Below are positions 1 to 12,662 of a stretch of DNA of 64,000 bases, piece by piece. The notes beneath the pieces were generated by a model. That model saw nothing but the letters and a program-made list of their open reading frames with translations, had not been told where the DNA came from and did no database searches. Position numbers and translations under genes: made by a program. Each line of letters opens with the position of its first letter. Position 1 is the first letter of the stretch. Source of the DNA: Macrostomum lignano (Eukaryota). The stretch lies in NCBI GenBank assembly GCA_002269645.1, contig NIVC01000094.1, positions 806,001-870,000 on the forward strand, written 5' to 3'.

Positions 1-988
1 AGTGTCTACGTTCTGTGCATACGTCAGAATTAACCGAATCTACGTTTCAGAGAATTAAGATTTGCCGAATGTTTAATACGTTTTTAAGCACTTTTATAAA
101 TTTTTGTCGCAGAAAAACAAAATTTGGACCACATTTTGATTGTTCAAAATAACTAGCAATAAAGCGCAAGGCACATAAATAACTTGAAAGCACGATAAAT
201 GTATTTATTTTAAACCTAATACTGAACTGAATTTTTAAAACCGTGTTTGAATTTCTTTATTTATGCATTTATTTTTCGATTTTTCTTTGTTAATACACAA
301 AATTTAAATAGTCAGACATAGGCCCTGCATTATCATCAAAACTGAATGCTGGTAGTAATAGTAATATAAAATTTTAGTTTAGTTAATTGTTTTATCTTTC
401 ATCATTTCATCATATTTAGATGGGTTATCACTATCAGTTATCACATCACATTGTTACAACATGCAATCATGCTCTGAATCTGGTGCTCATTCCTAAGGTG
501 TAAGACCAAGATGGCCACACACCAAGATGGCCACAACATTGAATATTTATTATATCTACTCTCTTTTTCTATGTATCATTAATTAGCAATAATATATAAT
601 ATATTAAATTATTTTTCTTTAATCAATTATATTTATAAACTAATACAATAATAGATTTTAAACTAATTAGGCCTACTTATAATACAAAACCTTTAATCTT
701 TTTTAGTGTTTGTGCCAATTTATTCTCTGTCATCACATCTATCAATATCTATCACGATCTGTTTATTAAGAAACTATTGCTAATAATGGTAATGACTAAT
801 GCTAGCTATGCAAATAATTAGGATAAATATTTAAATGTCATAGCCATAGGGTATTATTTATTTTGTGCTAGGTTACTTGCTTCATATAGTGGATAAATAG
901 ATAGGCCTCTATAGGTCAGGCTACAATAAAAGCTAGGCCTAAGTCCAAAGGGAATGATTATATTTATAATACAATTCTATTATAACCA

Positions 989-1055
989 TACATGCGCAAC
1001 TTCTGAAATTACGCTGGCCGTGCGACTTAGTTTTCGATAAAAAAATGCGACTTAC
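989..1055 (+). repeat. Dispersed repeat fragment with TGCGACTTA motifs; inverted copy at 6079-6166
   Basis: TACATGCGCAACTTC...GGCCGTGCGACTTAGTTTT...AAATGCGACTTAC aligns by eye to the reverse complement of 6079-6166. TGCGACTTA repeats recall pogo/Tigger-type subterminal motifs (inference). Confidence 0.45.
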
Positions 1056-1574
1056 CTATGAAAGAGCCAAGCAAAAACTTTAGGTAAACGGCAGGAGTAA
1101 CTATGACTATTTTTTAAAGCTAAATGCCTCGCCAGCTAATTAGTGCTGTGTGCAGATTTCGCGTTTTTATAACAGCTAATCAGTATGTCATCTAGTGGCG
1201 GCATGAAGCAATTAGTAAATTGTCAGTACAGTGTAGTGAGCATACTACAAAAGTCATGATTCATGAATGTCCAGAAGTAAGTGAAGAGAATACAGTGTGA
1301 CCTATAGCTCAAGAACGATTTGCTAGACGATTTGGCATGGAAGATGAGAGCCCTGATTCAGATGGCTCATCAGATGCAGAATACGAATCCAGTAGAGATA
1401 CAAGCTGTGAAAACCCACAGATTTTTAAACCACTGAATTCTAATTCCCGGAACTATTTTTGCATAGATTCTAAATTTGAAGTCATGCTCAAACAAAAACT
1501 TGTTAACAGTTAGGAAAAAGGCAAAGATGGGAGTAATGCATGTTAAACTAAGATTTGAGGCCTTTGCAAATTCT

Positions 1575-2200
1575 CTCCATTCCTCAATCTTCTCATCCTC
1601 TTTTTCTTTTCTCTCTCATCCCTTATCCCTTCCCTCTTTCCTCTCCTCTCCTATCTCTTCTGTGTCCTCTCTACATTCTTATCTCTCCTCTCGTCTCTCT
1701 CCATTCCACTCTACTCTCTCATCTTATCTTCCCTCTCGTCTCTCTCCACTCTCTCATCTTATCTCTCCTCTCTTCACTCTCCTCTCATCTCCTCTTTATT
1801 TTCTCTTCTCTCATCTACTCTCTCCTCTTTCCTCTTTCCTCTCTTCTGATCTCATCCATCATCTTTTCTTTCCTCTTTCCTCTCATCTCCTCTTCTCTCT
1901 CATCTCTTTTTCCTCCCTCAGCTTTTCTCTCCTCTTCTATCTTTTCTCCCATCGCATCGCTCGCCTCTCCTCTGTTTGCTTATCTCTAATCTTCTATTCC
2001 CTCTACTTTGAAGTAAGAAAATATGCACATATTTTTGCTGAAGATAAGAGGAGAGAAGAGGGCATTGAGGAGAAAGGGTAGAGAGAAAGGGGGAGAAGAG
2101 AGGAGAGTAAAAATGAGAGGAGAGAGAAGAGGGAAAAGGGGGAGAGAGAGAAGAGGGGAGGCAAGGTAGAGAAGAAGAGAGAGATGAGAGTTGAAGAGAC
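1575..2200. repeat. Low-complexity CT-rich tract followed by an AG-rich tract
   Basis: Pyrimidine-rich 1575-2010, then purine-rich 2040-2200. Explains the S/L/F/P-rich ORFs at 1476, 1555 and 1918. Confidence 0.8.
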
Positions 2201-2254
2201 ACCAACCTTGCTACTCGTAGTTAGGAAGTTTCAAAGAACCCGAGGGGCGAGGGC

Positions 2255-2295
2255 CAGATAGAGGGGCTTCGCGAGCCGGAGTTTGCCGACCCCTG
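2255..2295 (+). mobile_element. Isolated hAT-type 3' terminus
   Basis: GCGAGCCGGAGTTTGCCGACCCCTG resembles CAGGGGTCGGCAAAC-type hAT ends. No matching left end seen. Confidence 0.35.
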
Positions 2296-2454
2296 CTCCA
2301 GAGTTTAAGAAATCAATGGGAAACTGTTGACGCGGGCTTCTGATTTCAAAGATCTTGTCTGTTGTTGAAGGCTTATATTCTGGTTTTGCTCTCCTGCCAC
2401 ACTTGCACCTACTACCCCCTGATTGCCTCTGATTGTGACTTACTTCCCTCTTAT

Positions 2455-3075
2455 TGCGACTTAGTTGCTTCTTTTTGCGACTTACCTAATCCTTTTTGCA
2501 ACTTACTTAATCCTTTTTGCGACTTACCTAATCCTTTTGCGACTTACTTAATCCTTTTTGCGACTTACCTAATCCTTTTGCGACTTACCTAATCCTTTTG
2601 CGACTTACCTAACCCTTTTGCGACTTACCTAATCCTTTTTGCGACTTACTTAATCCTTTTGCGACTTAGCTGATCCTTTTGCGACTTACCTAACCCTTTT
2701 GCAACTTACCTAATCCTTTTTGCGACTTACCTAACCCTTTTGCGACTTAGCTGATCCTTTTGCGACTTACCTAATCCTTTTGCGACTTACTTAATCCTTT
2801 TGCGACTTACCTAACCCTTTTTGCGACTTACCTAATGCTTTTTGGGACTTACCTAATCCTTTTTGCGACTTACTTAATGCTTTTTGGGACTTACCTAATC
2901 CTTTTTGCGACTTACCTAACCCTTTTGCGACTTACCTGATCCTTTTTGCGACATAGTTTGCTTCTTTTGCGACTTACCTGATTCCTGTTGCGACTTACGA
3001 GTACCTGATCCTTTTTGCGACTTAGTTTGCTTCTTTTGCGACTTACCTGATCCTTTTTGCGACTTACCTGATTAT
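2455..3075 (+). repeat. 21-22 bp minisatellite (TGCGACTTACCTAATCCTTTT)n
   Basis: About 28 tandem units read directly. Confidence 0.9.
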
Positions 3076-3533
3076 TTTTACAACTTAGTTTGCTTCTTTT
3101 GCGAATTGTTTTTCTTTTGCTTCACGATTTTCCCTGAACTGCTCTTTCTTTCGCTTTCCTCTTGCCTTTCTTGGTTCTTGTGTTTTTCTGTTTTTGGTTG
3201 ACTCAATTTTGCGACTTACCCCTGGTCAGCCACGATTTACGGTGGCCGGATCGGCCAGGTCGGCCAGCAGTTGCGCATGTATGATTATAACTATTTTCTT
3301 TATTACTAAAAAAGAGTTAAATATATGTACCCAGTCTTATTATTATCTATTTAGACATTTAGAGCTATGGCCATCTTGGTATGTGGCTATCTTGGTCATG
3401 TGCCATTCCTAATCCTACTTAAATATAATGTCTATTAGGGCCTAGTAATTACCTAATTAGCAAAAAACAAAGGAAAAATTGTTCATCCTACTGAATTGCC
3501 TCTCTTTGACTTTTATTGACATTATTTCTAAAA

Positions 3534-4073
3534 AGAAATGTTTATCCCCATGGTCCCATGTCAATAATTCCAATTTTATCCATACTGATCCATGTCAATA
3601 ATTTTTAGCTTATCCCTATAGCTAAGATTGTGCAGTCGATTGTATTTATTTTTGTGTACTGATATTAAATTGTTAATGTCATTATTATTAGTATTATATG
3701 TTAGAGATTTAGTATATTTTTAGATTATTCATTATTACATTTTGAATTTTGAATTTTGTAAGTCTCATTTGCCTTGATCTTAGGGTCCATTGGGTCATTC
3801 TAAGCAAAACCAGCAGCTAAGCAGAGCAATATTTTAAATTAACCCTTTTAATGACAAAAAAGTTTTAACAAAGTACTCAATACTATTCATTATTCAGTTG
3901 TTTACTTGGAAGATTTGTAAAACAATAAAAACAAATAGATAGTTTTGAACAGATTCATTTTAAGGTTCTTTATTCCAATAAGCTGCCATGGGGATAAGCT
4001 GGAAATTATCGACATGGATCCGTATGAATAAAATTGGAATTATTGACATGGGACTGTGGGGATAAGCACTTCC
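3534..4073. mobile_element. Mutator-like MITE (540 bp) with about 90 bp TIRs and 9 bp TSD
   Basis: 3534-3623 is a close inverted copy of 3981-4073 (TTATCCCCA..GTCCCATGTCAATAATTCCAATTTTAT..CATAC.GATCCATGTC.ATAATTT..AGCTTATCCC). Direct repeat TTTCTAAAA at 3525-3533 and 4074-4082. Confidence 0.75.
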
Positions 4074-4666
4074 TTTCTAAAAACATTTTTTTCTTTTTAA
4101 AATTTTAGTCAGAAGATCTATAGTCTTTTGGTCTTTTTCTTAATTTTGCACAATATTTAAACATTTTTACTAGTGTTTTAATCTCTCATTTTATTTTATT
4201 AGGTTATTTTGTTTAAAATATTACCTTTGTGTTGGCCACAAAATAAGATACACATTGACTTAAGGTTTGTTTAATAGAAGTCTCATAACCATTTATAACT
4301 TATAGTTCATTGCTCATAGAAAATCACATAAAAATGTTAGCAAATAGTAGCTTTATTAATATATGTATTTTATAACAAAATTACCAAAACTTGTATTATA
4401 TATTATATGTATTATTGTATTTTGCTGCTGCTTATTGATTTCTTGCTAGAGCAGTTTGTACGCAAACCTTTTGTAATACCTCTCATATTTCATAGCTTGC
4501 TAACTAGAAAAAGAATATATTAACAATAATACTATATTTGTAGCAGCAGTTGCTCAGCAATCTAAAGCACAACTACTAGATGCTGGATCTGCTTGCTACA
4601 TTTTTTGGAAAGGTTATTTTAAATATCTTTCTAAAGGTGCTATCCTACTTGAGCAAAACTGTTCCT

Positions 4667-5521
4667 TAGTGTTCCGCCGCCGCGAGTTTTGACCTCCATA
4701 ACCGTAACCGTAGCCATAAGAGAGAAGCAACTTCTGTAGCCGAATTTTGCCGTCATTACGGGCTAAAAAAGTCCGTAACCGTAATTTGCCGTAACCGTAG
4801 CCGTAATGTATAACAAAAATTGATATTTTTGCATGAAAAGTGGGGCAGACAGAAAAGGACAGATAAAAAGGATAAAAGGATAGCAATAAAACGTACTTGT
4901 TGTTCGTTCATGCATTAATATTAATTTTTTTTTTTCATAAATATAATATCTTTATCTAAGTATTCTATAGCATTGTTGTATGCAATTGTGTGCTTGGTGC
5001 CTTTTTCAGTTTTCTGTGTTGTGATTCTGTTTTGTTTCGCTACAATATGCTAAGGAGCTAAATGCTACATATGGCTAAGAAATAAGAATGCCAGATTCTT
5101 AGTCTCTTGCAGGCTTTGACTGGCTCTCTCTGTCTCGCTGCTATCATGCTATCGCTATGCTATGCTATGCCGGATGCCTAATGAGAAAATTTGTGAAAAA
5201 ATTCATTTTTCGTTTTCAAAAAGTTTCATAGATATTTAGAAACTTAACAAATGTAAAAAATAATAATAACTAGTAAAACAAAATGAAAACTGGTTGAAGT
5301 TGATATAAAAAAAATTTCTTTTATAACACTAAACAGTTAAAAATAGATGATTTTTGTTACGGCTACCAATTACGATAAGTCTAGAAAAATCTCCGTAATC
5401 CGTAACCGTAACCGTAAGCTCAAAATATGTCCGTAACCGTAATCTGTAATGAAAATACGGCTTCAAAGGTGTTGTAGCCGTAATTTGCCATAGCCGTAGC
5501 CGTAACTACGGCGGAGCACTA
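4667..5521. mobile_element. Non-autonomous hAT element (855 bp)
   Basis: 13 bp TIRs TAGTGTTCCGCCG (4667-4679) and CGGCGGAGCACTA (5509-5521). 8 bp TSD CTGTTCCT/CTGTTCCC. Clustered subterminal CCGTAA/CCGTAG repeats at both ends, as in Ac-type elements. Confidence 0.8.
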
Positions 5522-6168
5522 CTGTTCCCGAAGACCAATTTACTATAATGACACCTGCTTAGACTTGGCAAGAGATTCCCATACATCACTGCAAGGATGA
5601 GGCAGAAACATTCCTCAAAAGCAATGTCATTGAGGCCTAATCTACTGGCATTCAAGCTATTTAATCATTTGCATTATTTTGTTTGAGCATGCATCTGAGT
5701 CTCAAGTCACATTCTTCACTACCTGTGTGTCCTCTGCTAATAGGATAGAGATAAAAAATCAATTTCAATAGATAAAACTTTTGACTTTGAGGTCAATATT
5801 GATAGATTGATGATTCAGATTATAGATTAAGCTTTCTAACTTCTGAAACTCTATACTGGGTTGCTTTCATAACACACATGCATAAAAGTCAGCTGAGTCG
5901 GCCAATCTGGCTGACCAATTTGGCAGCCAACCAAGGAAGTTGCAAAAATGCCCACCCAAAAAATACCCAAGTAGTAGTACTAAGTAGCGGACAAGGAATT
6001 TTGGCTTAATAAGACAGTCATAGTTACTCCTGCCATTTATCCAAAGTTGCATTAATTTTGCTTTAGGGTTTTTTACATGTAAGTCGCATTTTTGGCCAAA
6101 AACTACATCAGATTTTTGTTAAAACTGAGTTGCATGGCCGACCAAATTTTGGAGGTTGCACATGTATG

Positions 6169-6462
6169 TTTCATAAGCTTAAAATTTCACAACCTTGAAA
6201 CCAGTTACTTTCATAAGCTCAAAATTTCACAAGCTTGAAATTTCATCCTCAAAAATTTTAGCAGGCAACTTCTTGTAGCAGCTTGTGAAGTTGGCTGCTA
6301 AAATGGTTTTCAAGGTTGTGAAATTTCAAGCTTATGAAATTTTGAGCTTATGAAGTTGACTGCTAAAATTTTTGAGGTTGTGAAAATTCAACCTTATAAA
6401 GTTTTGGGTTTGTAAAAGGAAGTGCTTTTCAAGGTTGTGAAATTTTGAGCTTGTGAACAAAC
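6169..6462. mobile_element. Foldback/MITE-like palindromic element
   Basis: TTCATAAGCTTAAAATTTCACAACCTTGAAA (about 6171-6201) is inverted at about 6427-6455, with further internal inverted subrepeats. No clear TSD. Confidence 0.55.
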
Positions 6463-7080
6463 CCTCTGTACTCTAGATAAGCTGTAAAGACTGTAGAGAA
6501 TATTGTTGAGCTTTGCCAATTCTATAATCTTGTGTAAATCATTTTACTCGGCAATGTGTATATGGCAAAGCTTGTCCAGATCTATTCTACCATGCCAAGT
6601 TCTAGCTCTAACAATGTATATGAAGAATCTAGTCAATGTGAAGAATGACAGCTGGAAGAGCAATGAAGCACTGAAGTGCAAAAAGTCAAAACTATCTAAG
6701 AAATGTAGCTCTGATATATACTCATAGTAGACTTAGCTTTTGTTTTATAGAGTCATAATTGCTATTTCTATATAGCATGCCCTAGCACTTTTCTGCTCTA
6801 TAGATAAGTTAATTCCACTCTCTTTTGCTAAGGTATCACTTAAGGATTTCCTTGCAATGATAAAATATTTTAATTAACTTTTCTCTTTCAAAGTCTTTAA
6901 CAAATCTTTTTTTGGGTATCATTTCATTATTTGTTTCATTATGTTTGCATTGCCCAAAGGGTTGTAAAGTATTTTTTATACTAACAAAAAAGTTTTTTTG
7001 AATAATACAACTTAACCTTGGAGACCTATGATTCTGAATGTTTTGCATTGAATAGTGCAAACTGTATCTTTCTATAACTT

Positions 7081-7187
7081 TTAGTTAAAAAGTTATCAGT
7101 CATAGAAATGAAAATTTTAGTTAAAAAGTTATCAGTCATAGAAATGAAAATTTTAGTTAAAAAGTTATCAGTCATAGAAATGAAAAA
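7081..7187 (+). repeat. Three exact 36 bp direct repeats
   Basis: TTAGTTAAAAAGTTATCAGTCATAGAAATGAAAA(TT) at 7081, 7117 and 7153. Confidence 0.9.
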
Positions 7188-7888
7188 AAGATTGCATTTT
7201 CCTATTTATTCACTGCTTTGCAATTGGGTTTTTACCCCTAAACTTGTATGCTACCTAAACAAGTGTCCCTTCCTGGGGAGCACAGCAACCATAGAAGCTT
7301 CCTTGTCATCAAGTAACTAATTCAAATTTTGTTTCATTTTATTAACTAGGGAGCCATTGATCTTGGTCACTTTGTCAACTGACCAATAAGTAAGACCACT
7401 AGACTTGGTCATTGTCAATAGCAGATATTGCTAGCAGTTGACAAAGTGATTAACACCATATTATATTTACTAAGTAATTATGCTAAGGCCCTTTTTGTAC
7501 CATGATTATATAACAAATATATTATTAGCTTATTTGTTAAAGACCCTCTGCTACTGTTTGTATACTTTTTGAAATTTGTATCTATTATTTAAAAAGTATT
7601 ATAAAATCTAATCTCTTTCAATATTACATGTACAAAGCAATTTGAAATATTCATATTAAGTAATAAAAATTACTGAGTAAAAATTGGCCTTTAGCAATTA
7701 TCAATATAACAAGCTTAATTGATTTTTTGAAGATAAAATCATATCATATATATTTTGCTACTGTTCAAATATTGTCATTTATACTATTACAAATGTATGT
7801 ATCCATATTGTTGCTTCAACAAATAGACAAGTACATGTATATTTCAACTGTCAAACATTCAGCGCTTGTAAGCTGCCCAAATTCTGGC

Positions 7889-8477
7889 ATGTCAGCCGGG
7901 CTTGAGCAAACCGCTAACAAAAGTGCAGACGCACTGCTGCTGTGCATTGACATTGGCACCACCGCAGTGAAGCTGTTGCTAGTGGAGTCAGCCACTCGGC
8001 GCATCCTGTACTCTGGCAGCTGCAATATTGAAGCCTCCCCAGTGTCCACTGCCCCGCGCCAGTCAGTGATGTCGCTGCACTCCATTCTCGCCGCATTCTC
8101 CAATCTGGCGTCCAAGATTGACTCCAATATCGACGGCGATGACAACATGCTAGGCCGGGTGTCCGACATTCTGCTGTGCGGCCAGATGCACGGCATCGCG
8201 ATGTGGCGCTCGGAACAGCCGCTGGCCTCCTGCTCGGAGCTGGTGACGTGGCAGGATGGCCGGTGCTCACTCGAGTTCCTCCAGTCATTGCCGGCACCGT
8301 CCAGACCAGAGGTTGTGGCGCCGAAGGTATGATAGATGGTGTCTTAGACATACAAATAAATGCTAACATAAACTGACATTAAGAGGGGGAGGCAGACAGA
8401 CAGACAGACATGCAGACAGACAGACAGACACACAAACAGACAGACAGACAGACACACAAACAAACAGACAGACATGC

Positions 8478-8510
<33 letters not shown>

Positions 8511-10685
8511 TGCAGACAGACACTAAGACAGACAGACACACACACAAACAGACAAACAGACAGACAGACAGGCAAACAAAAAGACAGACAGAGAACCTTC
8601 TCGCTGCCGTGTTCCAGAGTGGGTTCGGTCTGGCCACTCTGCTCTGGTGGCAGCGTCATCAGCCCGACCGTCTAGCCGAATTCGACGCCTGCGGCAGCGC
8701 CATGGACTGGCTGGCCGCCTTGCTGATCGGCGGCAGCGGGTCGGTGCGCATGTCCGGCCAGCTGGCCGCCAGCTGGGGCTACTTCGACCTGGCCGGCCAG
8801 CGCTGGGATGCCGACAGCCTTGCGGCTGCTGGCCTGCCGCCGCGCCCGCGGCTGCCCGACATCGCGCCGGTTGGCCACGTTGTCGGCTGTCTGTCCCCGA
8901 CTTTGCTGACGTCGCTAGCCAGCGGACACGCCTGGGCGGGTCGGCTGCCGTCCAGTTGTCGAGTCCGGGTGCCTCTTGGCGACCTGCAGTGCGTTGTTTA
9001 TTCGGTGTACGCGCCTCTGCAGCCCTCGAGGCTGTCGTCAACATCAACGGGTCCGGCAGACTTTGACGGGCGCGCCTTTCTGAACTTTGGCACCAGTGCG
9101 CAGCTCGGCTTCCTCACTAGCGAGCCGCCCCAGCAGCCGTCTGTGAGGGACCACGCAGGCATCGACTGCTTCCCCTTCTTTTCGCCAGATAGATATGTCC
9201 TGCTGGCTGCCAGTCTGAATGGCGGCAACGTGCTGGCCGAGTTTGTCCAAACTCTGGCCGACTGGCAAGAGCAGCTAACCGGACAGCGGTGTCCGTCCGA
9301 GACTGTCTGGCAGCGGTTGCAAGTTCTGGCGGATGAAGGTGACAATAATGTTTTATTAATTCAAAGGTGGGGATATCAGCAGGTGGGGAAATTGTCGAGT
9401 TATGTATGGGTGTCCGAATTCAAGACAGGAGTGACAAAATTTTAAATAGGAGTGACCAACTTCGAGATAGGAGTGTCCGAATTCGAGATAGGATTGACCA
9501 ACTTCGAGATAGGAGTGTCCGAATTCGAGATAGGATTGACCAAATTCGAGATAGGATTGACCAAATTCGAGATAGGATTGACCAAATTCGAGATAGGAGT
9601 GACCAAATTCGAGATAGGAGTGACCAAATTCGAGATAGGAGTGACCAAATTCGAGATAGGAGTGACCAAATTCGAGATAGGAGTGACCAAATTCGAGATA
9701 GGAGTGACCAAATTCGAGATAGGAGTGACCAAATTCGAGATAGGAGTGTCCGAATTCGAAATAGGATTGACCAAATTCGAGATAGGAGTGTCCGAATTCG
9801 AGATAGGAGTGTCCGAATTCGAAATAGGATTGACCAAATTCGAGATAGGAGTGTCCGAATTCGAAATAGGATTGTCCGAATTCGAAATAGGATTGACCAA
9901 ATTCGAGATAGGAGTGACCAAATTCGAGATAGGAGTGACCAAATTCGAGATAGGAGTGACCAAATTCGAGATAGGAGTGACCAAATTCGAGATAGGAGTG
10001 ACCAAATTCGAGATAGGAGTGTCCGAATTCGAAATAGGATTGACCAAATTCGAGATAGGAGTGTCTAAATTCGAGATAGGAGTGACCAAATTATAGATAG
10101 GTGTGACCAAATTCTAGATAGGAGTGACCAAAGGGTGCTCAAATTTGATATTCGAGTGCCAATTATCAATACTTAAACAGAACTAAACTGGAAAGATAGC
10201 ATGAAGCCCAGTCGAATATTGATTTACCATTGCGCCTAAGCTATTTCTATGACCATTTCTATTTTGCAGCCGAACCCGCGTCCGCCTCCGACCCGGATCC
10301 TTTGATCTCGCCGACCCTGCTAGACGAGCGATGCGGCGGCGGGACCCAAGGCGGCTCTGTGCTCGGCCTGCGCATGTCCAGCTGCCGCAGTCTCGGCCGG
10401 CTGTACCGATCCCTGTGCCTCGGCCTGATTAACAACCTGCTCAGTTTGTGCCCGCCTGCGGCGCTCAGACAGGCCGGCATCGATCGGATAATTCTGGCCG
10501 GCAGCGCCCTGCGTAGGAATGCCGTCCTGCGGCGGGCCGCTGCTCTTCGCTTTGACGAATGTCAATTCCAGTCCATTGTGCTGGAGGACGGAGGAGCTCG
10601 GCAGCAGCCTGCGGTGGCCGACGGCGCGGCAGGACTGGCGGCACAGTTCCTGGACTGGGCGGCTGCTGGGCGCGGGGAGTCCTAG
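7889..10685 (+). CDS. SHPK: Sedoheptulokinase (FGGY family, CARKL-type); exons 7889-8326, 8618-9338, 10270-10685; about 524 aa
   Basis: Motifs [65 protein letters not shown] and GSAL.RN.VL all match SHPK. GT-AG introns in phases 0 and 1 join the frames; 1575 nt in total. Confidence 0.9.
8393..8592 (+). repeat. (GACA)n microsatellite filling SHPK intron 1
   Basis: Read directly. Confidence 0.9.
9425..10130 (+). repeat. 21 bp minisatellite (TTCGAGATAGGAGTGACCAAA)n filling SHPK intron 2
   Basis: About 33 units; source of the repetitive ORFs at 9367, 9442 and 9452. Confidence 0.95.
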
Positions 10686-10747
10686 AAGCTAGCTGATTCA
10701 TAGGTCGCTTGCGAGCTGTGATTGAATTTACTGCCTTACTGGGCGCC

Positions 10748-11648
10748 ACAGCCTCCCAGATCCTCAGTTGCTGGGCCAGCCTCCCAGATCCTCAGTTGCT
10801 GGGCCAGCATCCCAGATCCTCAGTTGCTGGGTCAGCCTTCCAGATCCTCTGTTGCTGGGCCAGCCTCCCAGATCCTCTGTTGCTGGGCCACAGCCTCCCA
10901 GACCCTCAGTTACTGGGCCAGCCTCCCAGATCCTCAGTTGCTGGGCCAGCATCCCAGATCCTCAGTTGCTGGGTCAGCCTTCCAGATCCTCTGTTGCTGG
11001 GCCAGCCTCCCAGATCCTCTGTTGCTGGGCCACAGCCTCCCAGACCCTCAGTTACTGGGCCAGCTTCCCAGATCCTCAGTTGCTGGGCCAGCTTCCCAGA
11101 TCCTCAGTTGCTGGGCCAGCTTCCCAGATCCTCAGTTGCTGGGCCAGCCTCCCAGATCCTCAGTTGCTGGGCCAGCGTCCCAGATCCTCAGTTGCTGGGC
11201 CAGCGTCCCAGATCCTCAGTTGCTGGGCCAGCCTCCCAGATTCTCAAATGCTGGGTCAGCCTCCCAGATCCTCAGTTGCTGGGCCAGCGTCCCAGATCCT
11301 CAGTTGCTGAGCCAGCCTCCCAGATCCTCAAATGCTGGGGGTCACTGCCAGCCTCCCAGATCCTCAGTTGCTGGGCCACCTCCAGCCTCCCAGATCCTCA
11401 GTTGCTGGGCCATTGCCAGCTTCCCAGATCTTCAGTTGCTGGGCCGTTGCCAGCTTCCCAGATCCTCAGTTGCTGGGCCACCGCCAGCCTCCCAGATCCT
11501 CAGTTGCTGGGCCACCGCCAGCCTCCCAGATCCTCAGTTGCTGGGCCACTGCCAGCCTCCCAGATCCTCAGTTGCTGGGCCACCGCCAGCCTCCGAGATC
11601 CTCAGTTGCTGGGCCACTGCCAGCCTCCCAGATCATCAGTTGCTGGGC
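10748..11648 (+). repeat. 28 bp minisatellite (GCCTCCCAGATCCTCAGTTGCTGGGCCA)n just downstream of the SHPK stop
   Basis: About 31 units; same unit as 44413-45110. Confidence 0.95.
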
Positions 11649-12107
11649 GTCCTTCTAAAACTTTTTATTTATCACTACTTTTTTGTTGTGTCTGTCTGTG
11701 TCTCTGTGTCTGTTCTGTCAATCATTTAGATTTTTAGTGCACCAGATTTTCAATCATGAAATCGCAATTGGACTTTCTTTTGGTGTCGCGTTACACAATG
11801 TTTGTTGTATTAATGAAGCCTTTAGACTTCTTGATTTGCTGCAGTATAAATGAACATTATTACTGAATCAATTCTGTCCAGCATTGATTTTTTTGCTTTT
11901 TAAAAAACATTTTTACCATTTTTGGTGCTGTTTATCTATTGAAAGTTTACCGTGTAGTTTTGTATATTTAATAATAAGTTTTCTACATTTTAAACATTTT
12001 AAAATCGTTTCTATGGTACTTTAGCTTTTTTTCAAAATCTTACTGTTCTACTTAAAAAATTCCCGCTGAGTAGGCAGTTAAGCGCATGATATATTATATT
12101 TGATATG

Positions 12108-12410
12108 GGGGTTGTAGCTTTGTGGTGAGAGCATCGGACTCACAACTGAAAGGTCGCGGGTTCGATTCGCGATCGCACTGAAACAATTTGTGTCCTTGAG
12201 CAAGACACTTAACTCTGAGTCTGCATGTAAAATGGGTGCCAGCATTAGCTGGAGTAGTTGGGGTGTTCGTGGCAACCCCCCCCCCAGTATTTGGACTGAA
12301 CAGCCGTACGCAGTCTTCAGACCTTCAGATGCGCCCGCACAATCGCTGCGGCTGAGCTGTCGGTTGCACATCTGGCTCAGTTGGGGCAGGTGTAATCAAT
12401 TATTATTACT
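12108..12410 (+). mobile_element. tRNA-derived SINE, family 1, copy 1
   Basis: A-box TAGCTTTGTGG (12115), B-box GGTTCGATTC (12159-12168), central TGTGTCCTTGAGCAAGACACTTAAC...TGTAAAATGGG, (TTA)n tail. Clearly homologous to 59528-59809. Confidence 0.8.
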
Positions 12411-12440
12411 TGTTGCATTGCTGCCCAGCCCCAGCCAGCA

Positions 12441-12662
12441 ATGATTGAAATCACGGTGAACGATCGGCTTGGCAAGAAGGTGCGCATCAAATGCAATCCC
12501 AGCGACACCATTGGCGATCTAAAGAAGCTGATCGCCGCCCAGACTGGCACCAGGTGGGATAAGATCGTGCTGAAGAAGTGGTACACTATATTCAAGGATC
12601 ACATCAGTTTAGAGGACTACGAGATCCATGACGGCATGAATTTGGAATTGTACTACCAGTGA
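12441..12662 (+). CDS. UBL5: Ubiquitin-like protein 5 (Hub1), intronless, 73 aa
   Basis: [54 protein letters not shown]...MNLELYYQ with the diagnostic C-terminal YY-x. Confidence 0.97.
   Translation: MIEITVNDRLGKKVRIKCNPSDTIGDLKKLIAAQTGTRWDKIVLKKWYTIFKDHISLEDYEIHDGMNLELYYQ

Larger units (their letters stand above)
497..3404. mobile_element. Non-autonomous DNA transposon, Mutator-like (about 2.9 kb), carrying nested repeats
   Basis: Imperfect inverted termini: GGTGTAAGACCAAGATGGCCACACACCAAGATGGCCA (497-533) versus reverse complement of 3368-3404 (GGCACATGACCAAGATAGCCACATACCAAGATGGCCA). Flanked by direct repeat (C)ATTCCTAA at 488-496 and 3404-3412, read as an 8-9 bp TSD. No transposase ORF. 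Confidence 0.6.

Noticed and set aside
1476-2205. ORFs of 201, 144 and 95 aa rich in S, L, F and P
   Set aside because: Translations of a CT/AG low-complexity tract; no domain and no splice context.
7727-7888. N-terminal extension of the SHPK ORF (MKIKSYH...)
   Set aside because: Starts at TTG in AT-rich sequence; coding-like composition begins at ATG 7889.
9367-11737. Long repetitive ORFs (QIRDRSD, EIGVTKF, PRSSVAGPASQILSCWASLPDPQLLGQ)
   Set aside because: Stop-free frames of the 21 and 28 bp arrays, open in several frames at once; the same applies to 44304-45319.
12108-12180. Possible tRNA gene (also 59528-59595 and 25430-25500)
   Set aside because: A and B boxes are present, but the acceptor and anticodon stems do not pair and the sequence continues into a shared SINE body.
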